DNA from: Oscillospiraceae bacterium | GTDB lineage: Bacteria; Bacillota; Clostridia; Oscillospirales; Oscillospiraceae | Reading direction: 5' to 3' | Assembly (NCBI GenBank): GCA_021771265.1 | Contig: JAETPK010000001.1 | Span: forward strand, 1 to 59,289 | DNA length: 59,289 nucleotides | Shown here: in pieces, positions 47,060-56,656 of the stretch | How positions within the stretch are numbered: the stretch's first letter is position 1 | Layout of the letters: each line of letters starts with the position of its first letter | Program-made: the position numbers and the translations under genes | Notes under the pieces: model-generated | Told to the model about the DNA's origin: nothing | The model's input: the letters and a program-made list of their open reading frames with translations, nothing else | Databases searched by the model: none

Positions 47060-49708
47060 ATGAAGCTCATGGTCATTGACGGCAATTCCATCGTGAACCG
47101 GGCCTATTACGGTATCCGCCCCCTCACCACCCGGGACGGGCTGTATACCCATGCCGTGTTCGGTTTTCTCACCACGCTGCTGCGGCTGAAAAGCGAGGAA
47201 GAGCCGGACGCCCTGTGCGTCACCTTCGATGTTCACGCGCCTACTTTCCGCCACGAAGCGTCGGAGGCCTACAAGGCCACCCGCAAGGGGATGCCGGAGG
47301 AGCTGCGGATGCAGATGCCGGTGTTGAAAGAGGTGCTGGACAGTCTGAACATCCCCCGCTACGAGCTGGCGGGCTGGGAGGCCGACGACCTCATCGGCAC
47401 CATCTCCCGCAAGTGCGAGGCCGCTGGCTGGGAATGTGTGGTGGTGACGGGGGACAAGGATTCCCTCCAGCTCATTACGGACCATACGAAGGTGAAGCTG
47501 GTGTCCACCCGCATGGGCCAGACCACCACGAAGGACATGGACGAGACTGCCTTTCGGGAGCAGTACGGCTTTGCGCCCATCCACATGATCGACCTGAAGG
47601 CCCTCATGGGCGATGCCTCCGACAATATCCCCGGCGTCCCGGGCATCGGTGAAAAGACCGCCACGGCTCTGGTGCAGAAGTACGGCAGCATCGACGCCCT
47701 GTATGCGAGCATGCCGGAGGTGGAGGCCAAGCCTGCCGCCCTGCGGAAGCTCCAGGAGGGGGAGGCCAGCGCCCGCCAGTCCTACTGGCTGGCCACCATC
47801 GTCACGGACGCGCCCCTGGACTTCCGGCCGGAGGACAATCTGGTGCGTGCCCCCGGCCCGGAGGCCTACGGCGTGTTTTTGAAGCTGGAATTCACAAAGC
47901 TCATTGAAAAGTTCGGACTGACGCCCGGCGAGGCCCCGGCCGAGGCGGCTCCGGAGGAGAAGCATGTCACCGTGGAGCAGGTGAGGGCCTCGGACCGGGC
48001 GGCGGAGCTGCTGGAGCTGTGGCGCAAGGCGGACCATGTGTCCGTCCTGGCCCTGCCGGATCTCACCGGCGCGGTGGTGGTCTGCGATGCCGCGGGAGGC
48101 ACCCTCACGGCGGAGCTGTTTTTTGAAAAGTACCAGGGGGATTGGAACGGCCTTTTGAACGCCCTGTTCTCCGCCGATATCCCAAAGGTGTCCCACAATG
48201 TGAAGGACCTGACCCGGCGGCTGCTGGAGGGCGGTCTCCAGGCGGAGGGCTTTATCTTTGACACGGCCTTGGCCGCCTATCTGCTGGACGCCACGGCGGG
48301 CAGCTATGACCTGGGGCGGCTGTTCGTGACGTATTACAACACGGAGCTGCCCAAACCCACCCATTTGGAGCCGGACGCCTTCTCCCTGCTGGGGGACAGC
48401 GCCGGGGCGGAGGCCGCTTTTGACGGCTACGCCACGGCGGTGGATTGCCTGTACCATACGCTGCTGCCCCGGCTGGAGGAGAAGCACCTTCTGGAGCTGT
48501 TCGCCTCGGCGGAGCTGCCCCTTTGCCGGGTGCTGGCGGAAATGGAGCTGGCAGGCTGCCGGGTGGATGCCCGGGCCCTGGCGGACTTCGGCGATGCCCT
48601 GACGGAGCGCATCCGGGAAAAGGAAGCGGCCATTTACGCCATGGCGGGGGAGACCTTCAACATCAACTCTCCCAAGCAGTTGGGGGAGATCCTCTTCGGC
48701 AAGCTGGGTCTGCCCCACGGCAAAAAGACCAAGACCGGCTGGTCCACCAACGCCGATGTGCTGGAAAAGCTCCGCTGTGAGGCGCCCATCGTAGACGCCG
48801 TGCTGGAGTACCGCCAGTATGCCAAGTTGAGGTCTACCTACGCCGATGGACTGTTGAAGGCCATCGACCCCGACGGCCGTATCCGCACCAGCTTCCAGAT
48901 GACGGTGACGGCCACGGGGCGCCTGTCCTCCACAGAGCCGAATTTGCAGAACATTCCCACCCGCACGGACCTGGGCAGTGAGATCCGGCGCATGTTCGTG
49001 CCGGACGAGGGCTGTGTCCTGGTGGACGCCGACTACTCTCAGATCGAGCTGCGGCTCCTGGCCCACATTGCCGGGGACGCCGCCATGCAGAGCGCCTTCC
49101 GCTCCGGCGGGGACATCCACACCGCCACGGCGGCCCAGGTGTTTCATGTGGCTCCGGCGGATGTGACGCCGGAGATGCGCCGCAGCGCCAAGGCGGTGAA
49201 TTTCGGCATCGTCTACGGCATCTCCGCCTTTTCCCTCAGCCAGGACATCGGCGTCACCGTGGCGGAGGCTAAGGCGTATATGGAGGCGTATTTGGCTACG
49301 TTCCCCGGCGTGCGCGGCTACATGGAGGCTGTGGTGGAAAAGGCAAGGGAGACCGGCTTCGTGGAGACCATGTTCCACCGGCGCCGGGAATTGCCGGAGC
49401 TGACCTCCTCCAACCACAATCTCCGCGCCTTCGGTGAGCGGGTGGCGCTGAACATGCCCATCCAGGGCACGGCGGCGGACATCATGAAGCTGGCCATGGT
49501 GGCGGTCCACAAACGGCTGAAGGCGGAGCTGCCGGAGGCCCGGCTGGTGCTTCAGGTCCACGATGAGCTCATCGTGGAGTGCCCGGAGTCCGCTGCGGAG
49601 ACCGTGGCGGCCCTGCTGGAGGAGGAGATGGAGCACGTGGTGGAGCTGTCCGTCCCCCTGACCGCCGAGGCCCACTGGGGCCGCAATTGGCTGGATGCCA
49701 AGGGATGA
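47060..49708 (+). CDS. polA: DNA polymerase I
   Basis: 5'-3' exonuclease IDGNS...EADD...GDKD...GDASDNIPGV; polymerase TGRLSSTEPNLQNIP, DADYSQIELR, KAVNFGIVYG and QVHDEL. Confidence 0.97.
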   Translation: MKLMVIDGNSIVNRAYYGIRPLTTRDGLYTHAVFGFLTTLLRLKSEEEPDALCVTFDVHAPTFRHEASEAYKATRKGMPEELRMQMPVLKEVLDSLNIPRYELAGWEADDLIGTISRKCEAAGWECVVVTGDKDSLQLITDHTKVKLVSTRMGQTTTKDMDETAFREQYGFAPIHMIDLKALMGDASDNIPGVPGIGEKTATALVQKYGSIDALYASMPEVEAKPAALRKLQEGEASARQSYWLATIVTDAPLDFRPEDNLVRAPGPEAYGVFLKLEFTKLIEKFGLTPGEAPAEAAPEEKHVTVEQVRASDRAAELLELWRKADHVSVLALPDLTGAVVVCDAAGGTLTAELFFEKYQGDWNGLLNALFSADIPKVSHNVKDLTRRLLEGGLQAEGFIFDTALAAYLLDATAGSYDLGRLFVTYYNTELPKPTHLEPDAFSLLGDSAGAEAAFDGYATAVDCLYHTLLPRLEEKHLLELFASAELPLCRVLAEMELAGCRVDARALADFGDALTERIREKEAAIYAMAGETFNINSPKQLGEILFGKLGLPHGKKTKTGWSTNADVLEKLRCEAPIVDAVLEYRQYAKLRSTYADGLLKAIDPDGRIRTSFQMTVTATGRLSSTEPNLQNIPTRTDLGSEIRRMFVPDEGCVLVDADYSQIELRLLAHIAGDAAMQSAFRSGGDIHTATAAQVFHVAPADVTPEMRRSAKAVNFGIVYGISAFSLSQDIGVTVAEAKAYMEAYLATFPGVRGYMEAVVEKARETGFVETMFHRRRELPELTSSNHNLRAFGERVALNMPIQGTAADIMKLAMVAVHKRLKAELPEARLVLQVHDELIVECPESAAETVAALLEEEMEHVVELSVPLTAEAHWGRNWLDAKG

Positions 49709-50571
49709 GACTTTCGATACTGTTGCTGGGCGTTTTGTGCGGGTCCCTGTCTGCCGTATTCGTCCGGTGGTCCACGGCACCGTCTCTGGTGTTGGCGCTG
49801 TACCGCATGGCCTTCTCCGCGGCGCTGCTGGCCCCGGCGGCCTGGCGCCGCCGAAAGGAGCTGGCAGCGCTTTCGGGACGGGCGCGGCTGCTGTGCCTGG
49901 CCAGCGGCGGGGCACTGGGACTGCATTTCGCCACGTTTTTTCAGGCGGTGAAGACCACCTCCATCGCGGCTGCGGCGGTACTGGTGGACATGGAGGTGCT
50001 GTTCGTGGCTCTGGCCACGGTGGCGGTGTTCCGAAAGAAGATGCCTTTTACGGCGTGGCTTGCCATGGCGCTGGCCTTTGGCGGCGCGGTGGTCATGGCC
50101 CTGGCGGACTCCGGCGGAGGAAACAACGCCCTGAGCGGTGACCTGCTGGCGGTGCTGTCCGCCATGCTCATCGGCATCTACACGCTGATCGGCTCCGTGT
50201 GCCGCAGGACCATGAGCACCACTGCCTATACCTGCCTGGTGTACACGGCGGCACTGGGGACCCTTTTGGCACTGTGCCTGGTCAGTGGGACGCCGCTGGC
50301 GGGCCATGGCGCGGAAAACCTGGCCACCGCCCTGGCCATGGCGGTGTTTTGCACCCTGCTGGGCCACAGCGTGTTCAGCTGGGCGCTGAAATATTTTCCG
50401 CCCTCCTTCGTCTCCACCACCCGGCTGATGGATTGTGTGTTTTCCGCTGTCTGGGGTGCGCTGCTGTTTTCGGAATGGCCGACCGCGCAGACGCTGCTTG
50501 GCGGCGCGGCAGTCATCTCAGGCGTTGTGCTGTACACCCGCAGTGAGGCGCGGGACGGAAGGAGTGTGTGA
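49705..50571 (+). CDS. DMT/EamA-family transporter
   Basis: Ten TM segments, LALYRMAF, GLHFATFF, GDLLA and CTLLGHS; ATGA overlap with the polA stop. Confidence 0.85.
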   Translation: MRLSILLLGVLCGSLSAVFVRWSTAPSLVLALYRMAFSAALLAPAAWRRRKELAALSGRARLLCLASGGALGLHFATFFQAVKTTSIAAAAVLVDMEVLFVALATVAVFRKKMPFTAWLAMALAFGGAVVMALADSGGGNNALSGDLLAVLSAMLIGIYTLIGSVCRRTMSTTAYTCLVYTAALGTLLALCLVSGTPLAGHGAENLATALAMAVFCTLLGHSVFSWALKYFPPSFVSTTRLMDCVFSAVWGALLFSEWPTAQTLLGGAAVISGVVLYTRSEARDGRSV

Positions 50572-50574
50572 GCA

Positions 50575-51549
50575 ATGCGGGTCATCCGGGAATACTGGCA
50601 GTGCGCGGTGAAGGGGGAGATTCCCGTAAAAGAGATCCTGGACACGGTGGATGTCCTCCTGAAAAGCCATGGCTATCCCTGCAGGCGGCTGTGGTCGCCG
50701 ACCCATCCGGCGCTGTCCGACATGGAATTGAAGGCGCTGTTCAAAAGAATCCCCCGCCCCTGCAACCCTGACAAAGTGGAGGCTTTGTTTGAGGATGTGG
50801 ACTGGTTTGGCGGAGGAACGGCGCCCATGGAATACACAGGGCGTCAGCCCTTTTTGAGCAGCGGCGTCTATGTGGTCCACTGTGCCGGGACCAGCTTCTC
50901 TCATGTGCATGTTTATATGGAGGTGACGGACCCGGACCATCCGGCCCGCGTCCGGGACGAGAGCGCCGTGGTCGCCGTGCTGAAGGAGCGGTTCCCGAAA
51001 CTGCGGCGGGAGGGCACATACTGCCTGTGGTCGCCGGAGGAGGCGGCCGGGATCGCGGCCGCTAATGAAGCCCTGGCGCCCACGCTGGAGGAAGTGAAGC
51101 GGTCGTTGCCGCCGTTCCGGGAGCGAAAGGGCGGACCGGCGGAGTTTGCGGAGCGCCTGTGGCAGATCGAGAGATACGCCAAGGGCGAAAAACCGGGCTT
51201 TTCCGGAAAACAGCTGGCGCTGTCCGTATTTCCCAAAACACACTACCGCTACCAGCATCAATTTGGGAGCTGCTTTGAAATGGTCCGTCGGACGCCCGGC
51301 GGGCACCGGGTGACGATCCGCTTTGATTCCGCGCCGCCGGCGTACTTTTGGCAGAGCGCCAGTATCACCCTGTCGGGCCTGAAGTTCTGCTGCCCGCTGT
51401 ACCGGGAGCAGATCTGCCGGGAAAACGCGGAGACGGTACGGGCGTTTATGGAGCATTGCAGACTTTTGGCGGAGTGGGCGGAGGCCGCGCTGGACCGGCC
51501 GCTGCATGACTGCTTCGGCGCCAGCCCGGACTGGTGGCTGGCGGAGTAG
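50575..51549 (+). CDS. Hypothetical protein
   Basis: 324-aa ORF packed in the operon with GGAG RBS and host-like codon usage; no motif recognised. Confidence 0.65.
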   Translation: MRVIREYWQCAVKGEIPVKEILDTVDVLLKSHGYPCRRLWSPTHPALSDMELKALFKRIPRPCNPDKVEALFEDVDWFGGGTAPMEYTGRQPFLSSGVYVVHCAGTSFSHVHVYMEVTDPDHPARVRDESAVVAVLKERFPKLRREGTYCLWSPEEAAGIAAANEALAPTLEEVKRSLPPFRERKGGPAEFAERLWQIERYAKGEKPGFSGKQLALSVFPKTHYRYQHQFGSCFEMVRRTPGGHRVTIRFDSAPPAYFWQSASITLSGLKFCCPLYREQICRENAETVRAFMEHCRLLAEWAEAALDRPLHDCFGASPDWWLAE

Positions 51550-51583
51550 CTGCGGAATAGAACGCTTGGAAAGGAAGAAACCT

Positions 51584-52072
51584 ATGGAAAAAAACCGGAT
51601 GCATGTGCGCATCGTTCCCATGAACGCAGACCACCTGGACGAAATAGCGGAGCTGGAGCGCATCTGTTTTTCCGTCCCCTGGTCCCGGAATATGCTGGCG
51701 GAGGAGCTGGACAATGCGTGCTCCGCTTTTCTGGTGGCTGAGGACGACGCGGGCAAGGTGGTGGGCTACGCCGGGCTCCAGGTCATCCTGGACGAGGGCT
51801 ACATCACCAATGTGGCCGTCCGGCCGGAGTGCCGCCGTAACGGTATTGCGGGAAAGCTTTTGCAGGTGTTCCTGGACTTTGGCCAGGCCAACCATCTGGC
51901 ATTTTTAACGCTGGAGGTCCGGGCCTCCAATTATGACGCCATTGCCCTGTATGGAAGCCGGGGCTTCCGCAGCGTGGGCCGGCGGAAAAACTACTACGAG
52001 CATCCCAAGGAGGATGCCATCATTATGACAAAGGAGTTCACTGAGAATGGAACTGCGGATCCCAACGCCTGA
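51584..52072 (+). CDS. rimI: Ribosomal protein S18-alanine N-acetyltransferase
   Basis: FSVPWS, DEGYITNVAV...RRNGIA, LTLEVRASN..AIALY...GF..VGRRKNYY..PKEDA. Confidence 0.9.
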   Translation: MEKNRMHVRIVPMNADHLDEIAELERICFSVPWSRNMLAEELDNACSAFLVAEDDAGKVVGYAGLQVILDEGYITNVAVRPECRRNGIAGKLLQVFLDFGQANHLAFLTLEVRASNYDAIALYGSRGFRSVGRRKNYYEHPKEDAIIMTKEFTENGTADPNA

Positions 52073-52640
52073 GCAGCTGCAAACTGTTTATGACAGCGAC
52101 ATGAAGTCCGCCTTTCCGGCGGCGGAACTGAAGCCCCTGCGCGCCATCCAGCAGATGTGGCGGGAGGAGCGGTACAAGCCCTATTGCCTCTTTGACGGAG
52201 ATGACATCGTGGGGGAGTGTTTTTTGTGGCTGGGGCATCCCGGCTGGGCACTGCTGGATTACCTGTGCGTGTCCCGCCGGGCCCGCAACGCGGGCCTTGG
52301 CGCCCTCATTCTGGCAAAGCTCCGGGAGGTGGAGCCGGGCACCGTGGTCTTCGGCGAGGCGGAGGCGCCCGAGCACGCGCCGGACCCCGCCATGGCAGTG
52401 CGGCGCCTGGGCTTTTACGCCCGGAACGGCCTGCAAACCGCCGGCTATGACACGGAGGTGTTCGGTGTCCACTACAAGACGCTGTACCTGGCGGACCGGA
52501 AAGTAGAGGACGCGGCATTGATGGCGGAGCATGATTTCGTCTACCGCAGCAGTTTTGCACCGGAGAAATATGCAAAATATGTCCACATCCCCTATGACCC
52601 GGCCAAAGCGCCCGGGGAACAGGTGGCCTGGGACCAATGA
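52047..52640 (+). CDS. GNAT-family acetyltransferase
   Basis: AFPAAELKP, LLDYLCV...RNAGLG and RRLGFYARNG. Confidence 0.8.
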   Translation: MELRIPTPEQLQTVYDSDMKSAFPAAELKPLRAIQQMWREERYKPYCLFDGDDIVGECFLWLGHPGWALLDYLCVSRRARNAGLGALILAKLREVEPGTVVFGEAEAPEHAPDPAMAVRRLGFYARNGLQTAGYDTEVFGVHYKTLYLADRKVEDAALMAEHDFVYRSSFAPEKYAKYVHIPYDPAKAPGEQVAWDQ

Positions 52641-52658
52641 GAGAAAGAAGTGAGACCC

Positions 52659-53666
52659 ATGAAGATACTGGCTTTTGAATCCTCCTGCGACGAGACTGCC
52701 GTGGCAGTGGTGGAGGATGGAAGACGCATTTTGTCCAACGCCGTTGCCTCTCAGGTGGATATCCACGCCCTGTACGGCGGCGTGGTGCCGGAGATCGCCT
52801 CCCGGAAGCATGTGGAGGTCATCGCGGCCTTGACGGAGCAGGCGCTGCGGGAGGCTGACTGCACCCGGCGGGATATCGACGCTGTGGCGGCTACTTATGC
52901 GCCCGGCCTCATCGGCGCGGTGCTGGTGGGACTCAGCTTCGCAAAGTCTGTGGCCTATGCCCTCCGGGTGCCGCTGATCCCTGTTCACCATGTGCGGGGA
53001 CACATCGCCGCCAACTACCTGGCCTTCCCGGAGCTGGAGCCGCCGTTTTTGGCGCTGGCCATCTCCGGCGGCAATACCCTCATCGTGGATGTGCGGGATT
53101 ACACGGACCTGCGCATTCTGGGGGCCACCCGGGATGACGCGGCGGGAGAGTGCTTTGACAAGGCGGCCCGAGTGTTGGGCCTGCCATACCCCGGCGGTGC
53201 TCCCATGGACAAGCTGGCCCAGGGGAGCCAGGGGGGCGTGTACAAGCTGCCACACGCCCATGTGGACGGCGCGGAGCTGGATATGAGCTTTTCCGGCCTG
53301 AAAACAGCAGTGGTCAACCTGGGTCACCACGCCCAGCAGGTGGGGGAGGAGCTGGACCGGGCGGCGCTGGCCAGGGATTTTGCCCAGGCGGTCAGTGATG
53401 AGTTGGTGCCCCGGGTCATGAAGGCAGCGGCGCTGGCCGGCCGTACTGTCATCGCCGCCGCCGGCGGCGTGGCGGCCAACTCCATCATCCGGGCGGATCT
53501 GGAGCGAGCCTGTGAAAAGCAGGGCTGCCGGCTGTATTTGCCGCCGCTGAAGCTGTGCGGCGACAACGCCGCCATGATCGGTGCCCAGGGATATTTCGAG
53601 TATCTGGCGGGACATACGGCGGGGATGGATCTCAATGCCTACGCCACAATGGATATCTCGGACTGA
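52659..53666 (+). CDS. tsaD: tRNA N6-adenosine threonylcarbamoyltransferase
   Basis: ESSCDETA, GGVVPEIASRKH, PGLIGA, HHVRGH, SGG, DDAAGECFDK, SFSGLKT and DNAAMI. Confidence 0.96.
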   Translation: MKILAFESSCDETAVAVVEDGRRILSNAVASQVDIHALYGGVVPEIASRKHVEVIAALTEQALREADCTRRDIDAVAATYAPGLIGAVLVGLSFAKSVAYALRVPLIPVHHVRGHIAANYLAFPELEPPFLALAISGGNTLIVDVRDYTDLRILGATRDDAAGECFDKAARVLGLPYPGGAPMDKLAQGSQGGVYKLPHAHVDGAELDMSFSGLKTAVVNLGHHAQQVGEELDRAALARDFAQAVSDELVPRVMKAAALAGRTVIAAAGGVAANSIIRADLERACEKQGCRLYLPPLKLCGDNAAMIGAQGYFEYLAGHTAGMDLNAYATMDISD

Positions 53667-53667
53667 T

Positions 53668-53698
53668 AAAAAGCGGCTGCTTGGGCAGCCGCTTTTTG
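53668..53698 (+). terminator. Rho-independent terminator
   Basis: AAAAAGCGGCTGC-TTGG-GCAGCCGCTTTTT. Confidence 0.85.
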
Positions 53699-53955
53699 TA
53701 TATTGCCTCTTAAAAAATGAATGTAAAAATGAATGTAAAGGCTTTGAACTTGCTTTTTTTGAAGGAGACTAAGAAAATGTTTGCAAAAAACACCTTGTCC
53801 AGCAAAAAATGAAACGGGAAGTGGAGAAAATGGAGAAAGCAAAAAAGTTATGTAAATTCAGTGCGGAAATTGTCCTGTGTTGAAAATCAAGATACAGGAT
53901 CTGTTAAAAAAAGCCAATAGCGGCTATAAATCTTGAAAATAAAAGAAAAATCAGA

Positions 53956-53985
53956 TGTGGAAAACTGTGTGGAGAATGTGAATAA
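53956..53985 (-). promoter_or_regulatory. Three tandem DnaA-box-like 9-mers
   Basis: Minus-strand TTTTCCACA, TTCTCCACA and TTATTCACA versus the TTWTNCACA consensus. Confidence 0.55.
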
Positions 53986-54251
53986 CTTATGGTAGAGATA
54001 GTTTATGATTGCGGTTATGTAAAATAAAAATAAAAAAGAAATAAGAAAAAATTTCCAAAAATTACAGAGGATCAGCCAAGAATTGCAGAAAAACAGCGAC
54101 AAAATTTTTCGTTTTTTCCGCAGATGGCAGGCGATATGAAATGCAGAATAGAAAAACGCCAATATTTATATTGCAAGAAAACTTGCAATAATACAAAATG
54201 TAATATACAAAAACGACACGCAAGCTTTGGCGGAGAATACTGAAAAGGGTG

Positions 54252-54280
54252 TTGACGCTGGGATAAAAATGTGGTATCAT
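54252..54280 (+). promoter_or_regulatory. tRNA promoter
   Basis: TTGACG, 17 bp, TG-g-TATCAT, 21 nt before the tRNA. Confidence 0.7.
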
Positions 54281-54301
54281 ATGCGCTGTCAAAATAACAA
54301 T

Positions 54302-54377
54302 GCTGGTGTAGCTCAGTCGGTAGAGCAGCTGATTCGTAATCAGCAGGTCAGGTGTTCGAGTCACCCCACCAGCTCCA
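54302..54377 (+). tRNA. tRNA-Thr (CGT)
   Basis: GCTGGTG acceptor stem, D-loop AGTCGGTA, anticodon arm GCTGA-TTCGTAA-TCAGC, GTTCGAGT T-loop and encoded CCA; 76 nt. Confidence 0.96.
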
Positions 54378-54524
54378 GCTCAGAAATTCCCACCACCGCT
54401 TCGTTTCCGGCTTCGCCGAAAACTGCGCTCTGGTGGGAATTTCTTCGCTTTCCACCCGCAAACGCTTCGCTGGTTTGCGGGCGGAGGGGACGGGGATGCG
54501 ATATCCAGATTGTCCGTTCATTCC

Positions 54525-54558
54525 AAAGGCTCCTTATCGAAAGATAAGGAGCCTTTTT
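54525..54558 (+). terminator. Terminator downstream of the tRNA
   Basis: AAAGGCTCCTTATC-GAAA-GATAAGGAGCCTTT followed by TT. Confidence 0.8.
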
Positions 54559-54560
54559 GT

Positions 54561-54740
54561 ATGTACAAACTGAGAAATAAGGATGATACTGTTTCCGTGA
54601 AAAACGCCGAGGCCTCCGCCTGCATGGAGGGGTATCGAGTGACACCTCAAATGCGGGAGCAGTGTGCGCGTGTTCTGCATGGAGAAACTACTACCGCAGA
54701 ACTCCTGAAGCGTTTTTCCAAATTTGCCGGGAGAACATAA
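54561..54740 (+). CDS. VbhA-like antitoxin of a Fic toxin
   Basis: 59 aa with the inhibitory S-x-x-x-E-G motif (SACMEG), directly upstream of a Fic gene. Confidence 0.72.
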   Translation: MYKLRNKDDTVSVKNAEASACMEGYRVTPQMREQCARVLHGETTTAELLKRFSKFAGRT

Positions 54741-54743
54741 GGC

Positions 54744-55330
54744 AAGGCGTACAGCATTGATCCTATCCAGAATAATTGCTATCCTGGTACCACGGTGCTG
54801 ATCAATAAACTGGATATTCGCGATGAGGCCGCATTGAATGAGGCCGAGACACTTGCTACCTACATTAACGCCTCCAAGCTGGAACTGAATCCGCTTGAAG
54901 GCGTTTTTGACTTTGACCACTATAAAGCCATCCACCATTTTCTTTTCTCTGATTTATACGACTGGGCGGGACAGATCCGTACCGCAAATATCAGCAAGAA
55001 GGGACGAATTTCTGCCCGGTTGAGAATATTGAGCGTCAGGCTGATCTGATTTTTGGCCGCCTCAAAGAACAGGACTATTTTAAAGGACTTCCCCACGATG
55101 AGTTTGTGGAGGAGATCGTGGACTTCTATTGCGCAACCGGCTATCTGCATCCTTTCAGATAGGGAAACGGCAGGACCCAGCGGGCCGTCCTGACACATCT
55201 TATTCGCAATGCGGGCTATGACCTCAATTGGCTGGAGGTGGATGATGATCTGCTGATGATTGCCACTATCCAAGCGGTGCAAGGTGTGACAAATTTACTA
55301 AAGTGGGTGTTCAGGGAATATATTTCATAA
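54744..55330 (+). pseudogene. Fic-domain toxin pseudogene
   Basis: YPGTTVLINKL, IHHFLFSDLYDWAGQIR; frameshift near 55003; HPFR*GNGRTQR with TAG at 55160-55162; AAG where the start codon is expected. Confidence 0.88.
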
Positions 55331-55416
55331 CATCAGTGCTTATGCCGGAAAATTAAAAACCATCGAAATATAAATCCTTTGATGACTTGAAAAAAATTAT
55401 GAAGAGGATAGAAGAA

Positions 55417-55451
55417 AGCTGAGAGCTGTTGTATCATAACAGCTCTCAGCT
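55417..55451. terminator. Hairpin between convergent fic and lacI-like genes
   Basis: AGCTGAGAGCTGTT-GTATCAT-AACAGCTCTCAGCT. Confidence 0.7.
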
Positions 55452-55523
55452 AGTTCATTTTTCAAAAAAGTGAGCAGATAATAAAAAAACGCGTTAGAGT
55501 TGGAGTTTATTTTCAAATTATAT

Positions 55524-56549
55524 TTAAATGGATTGTTTTAAAGAAATATGTTGTTCGGCAAAGATATTCTCGCGTTGAGGCATTTGATCGCCAACCAAAT
55601 AGTCAAATAAAACCCGAATAGACTGATATCCTGTGAGTTCTTGATCACACCAAACGGATGCATCAATCAAGCCGTTTGCCAAAGCATGCTGGACTTCTGG
55701 AGAACAGAAGGTAGTAACAGCACGAATAGCACGACCGTTTGCTTCAACTTCCCGCAAAGCTCGGAGACTTCCGGCCACGGAAACGCTGGCAAACAGGACA
55801 GCGTTTGCGTTTGGATGCGATGCCAATGCAGCTTTAGATATCTCATAATTTGAAAACTCATCGTCGGAAAGTTCAATGACATCTTCTAAAATGATGTCTT
55901 TATATTCGGTAGCTATGCTTTCATGTAGGCCGCGTAAAACGCCTTTCGGGCCAAAGATATGCAATGGCGCAGAAAATACGAGTAATTGGCATTGAGAAAC
56001 CACCAAAGAAAGAAGATTAGCAATGATGCGGCCCTTTTGATGGCTATCTTGTCCAACATGGCAAAGGCAGTTTGGGTTAGAAGAAAATCCGCCGACAAAT
56101 ACGATTGGAATCCCAGAGTCATGAATTTCTTTTAGCTTTTTACGAACATTGTCATCATCTACTGGGCAAATCGCAATACCAGATACATTTTCTTCTAAAA
56201 GTGCGTTAATGCGTCGGAGCTGGTCAGCAGCGCTGTTGTTTTCAGCCTCTTGAATTAGTATTTCAACGCCAAAGTCTGCCAGCTCAGCGGCTGCCCGCTG
56301 AACGCCAGCGATGATCGTGTCATGAAAATAGTTGTGCTGAGCATGAAGGACAAAGCCTAGCTTTAAATTTTTCCTGCGCACAGATAAGGACTTTGCCACA
56401 AGGTTTGGAGTATAATTCACAGCTTTTGCAATATCTAAAATACGCTGTTTTACTTCGGGACTGATGCGGCCTCTGTTATTTAACGCACGGTCTACGGTGC
56501 CGACAGAGACACCGGCGAGTTCTGCGATTTGTTTCATAGTTGCAGCCAT
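55524..56549 (-). CDS. LacI-family transcriptional regulator (AT-rich)
   Basis: TMKQIAELAGVSVGTVDRALNNRGRIS...YTPNLVAKSL, followed by a periplasmic-binding-like domain. Confidence 0.92.
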   Translation of the reverse strand: MAATMKQIAELAGVSVGTVDRALNNRGRISPEVKQRILDIAKAVNYTPNLVAKSLSVRRKNLKLGFVLHAQHNYFHDTIIAGVQRAAAELADFGVEILIQEAENNSAADQLRRINALLEENVSGIAICPVDDDNVRKKLKEIHDSGIPIVFVGGFSSNPNCLCHVGQDSHQKGRIIANLLSLVVSQCQLLVFSAPLHIFGPKGVLRGLHESIATEYKDIILEDVIELSDDEFSNYEISKAALASHPNANAVLFASVSVAGSLRALREVEANGRAIRAVTTFCSPEVQHALANGLIDASVWCDQELTGYQSIRVLFDYLVGDQMPQRENIFAEQHISLKQSI

Positions 56550-56656
56550 AATTCACCTACATTCTATATGTAGTTTTCTTGATAGTTTGAGTATAACGAA
56601 TTGTCTAAAAAAAAGCAATGAAAACGGATCGAAAAATTATAGTTAACAAAATAATA

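Noticed and set aside
147-49915. Long antisense or alternate-frame ORFs (e.g. 147-2042, 5114-7258, 22433-24544, 28109-30106, 30698-32740, 47021-49915)
   Set aside because: They overlap well-supported genes, have no motifs, and are expected shadows of GC-rich codon usage.
53700-54250. Chromosomal oriC
   Set aside because: Only three clear boxes and no dnaA, dnaN, rpmH or gidA nearby; reported as a box cluster instead.
55160-55162. Pyrrolysine or readthrough at the in-frame TAG of fic
   Set aside because: It is one base from the expected GAG, and the gene also has a frameshift and no start codon.
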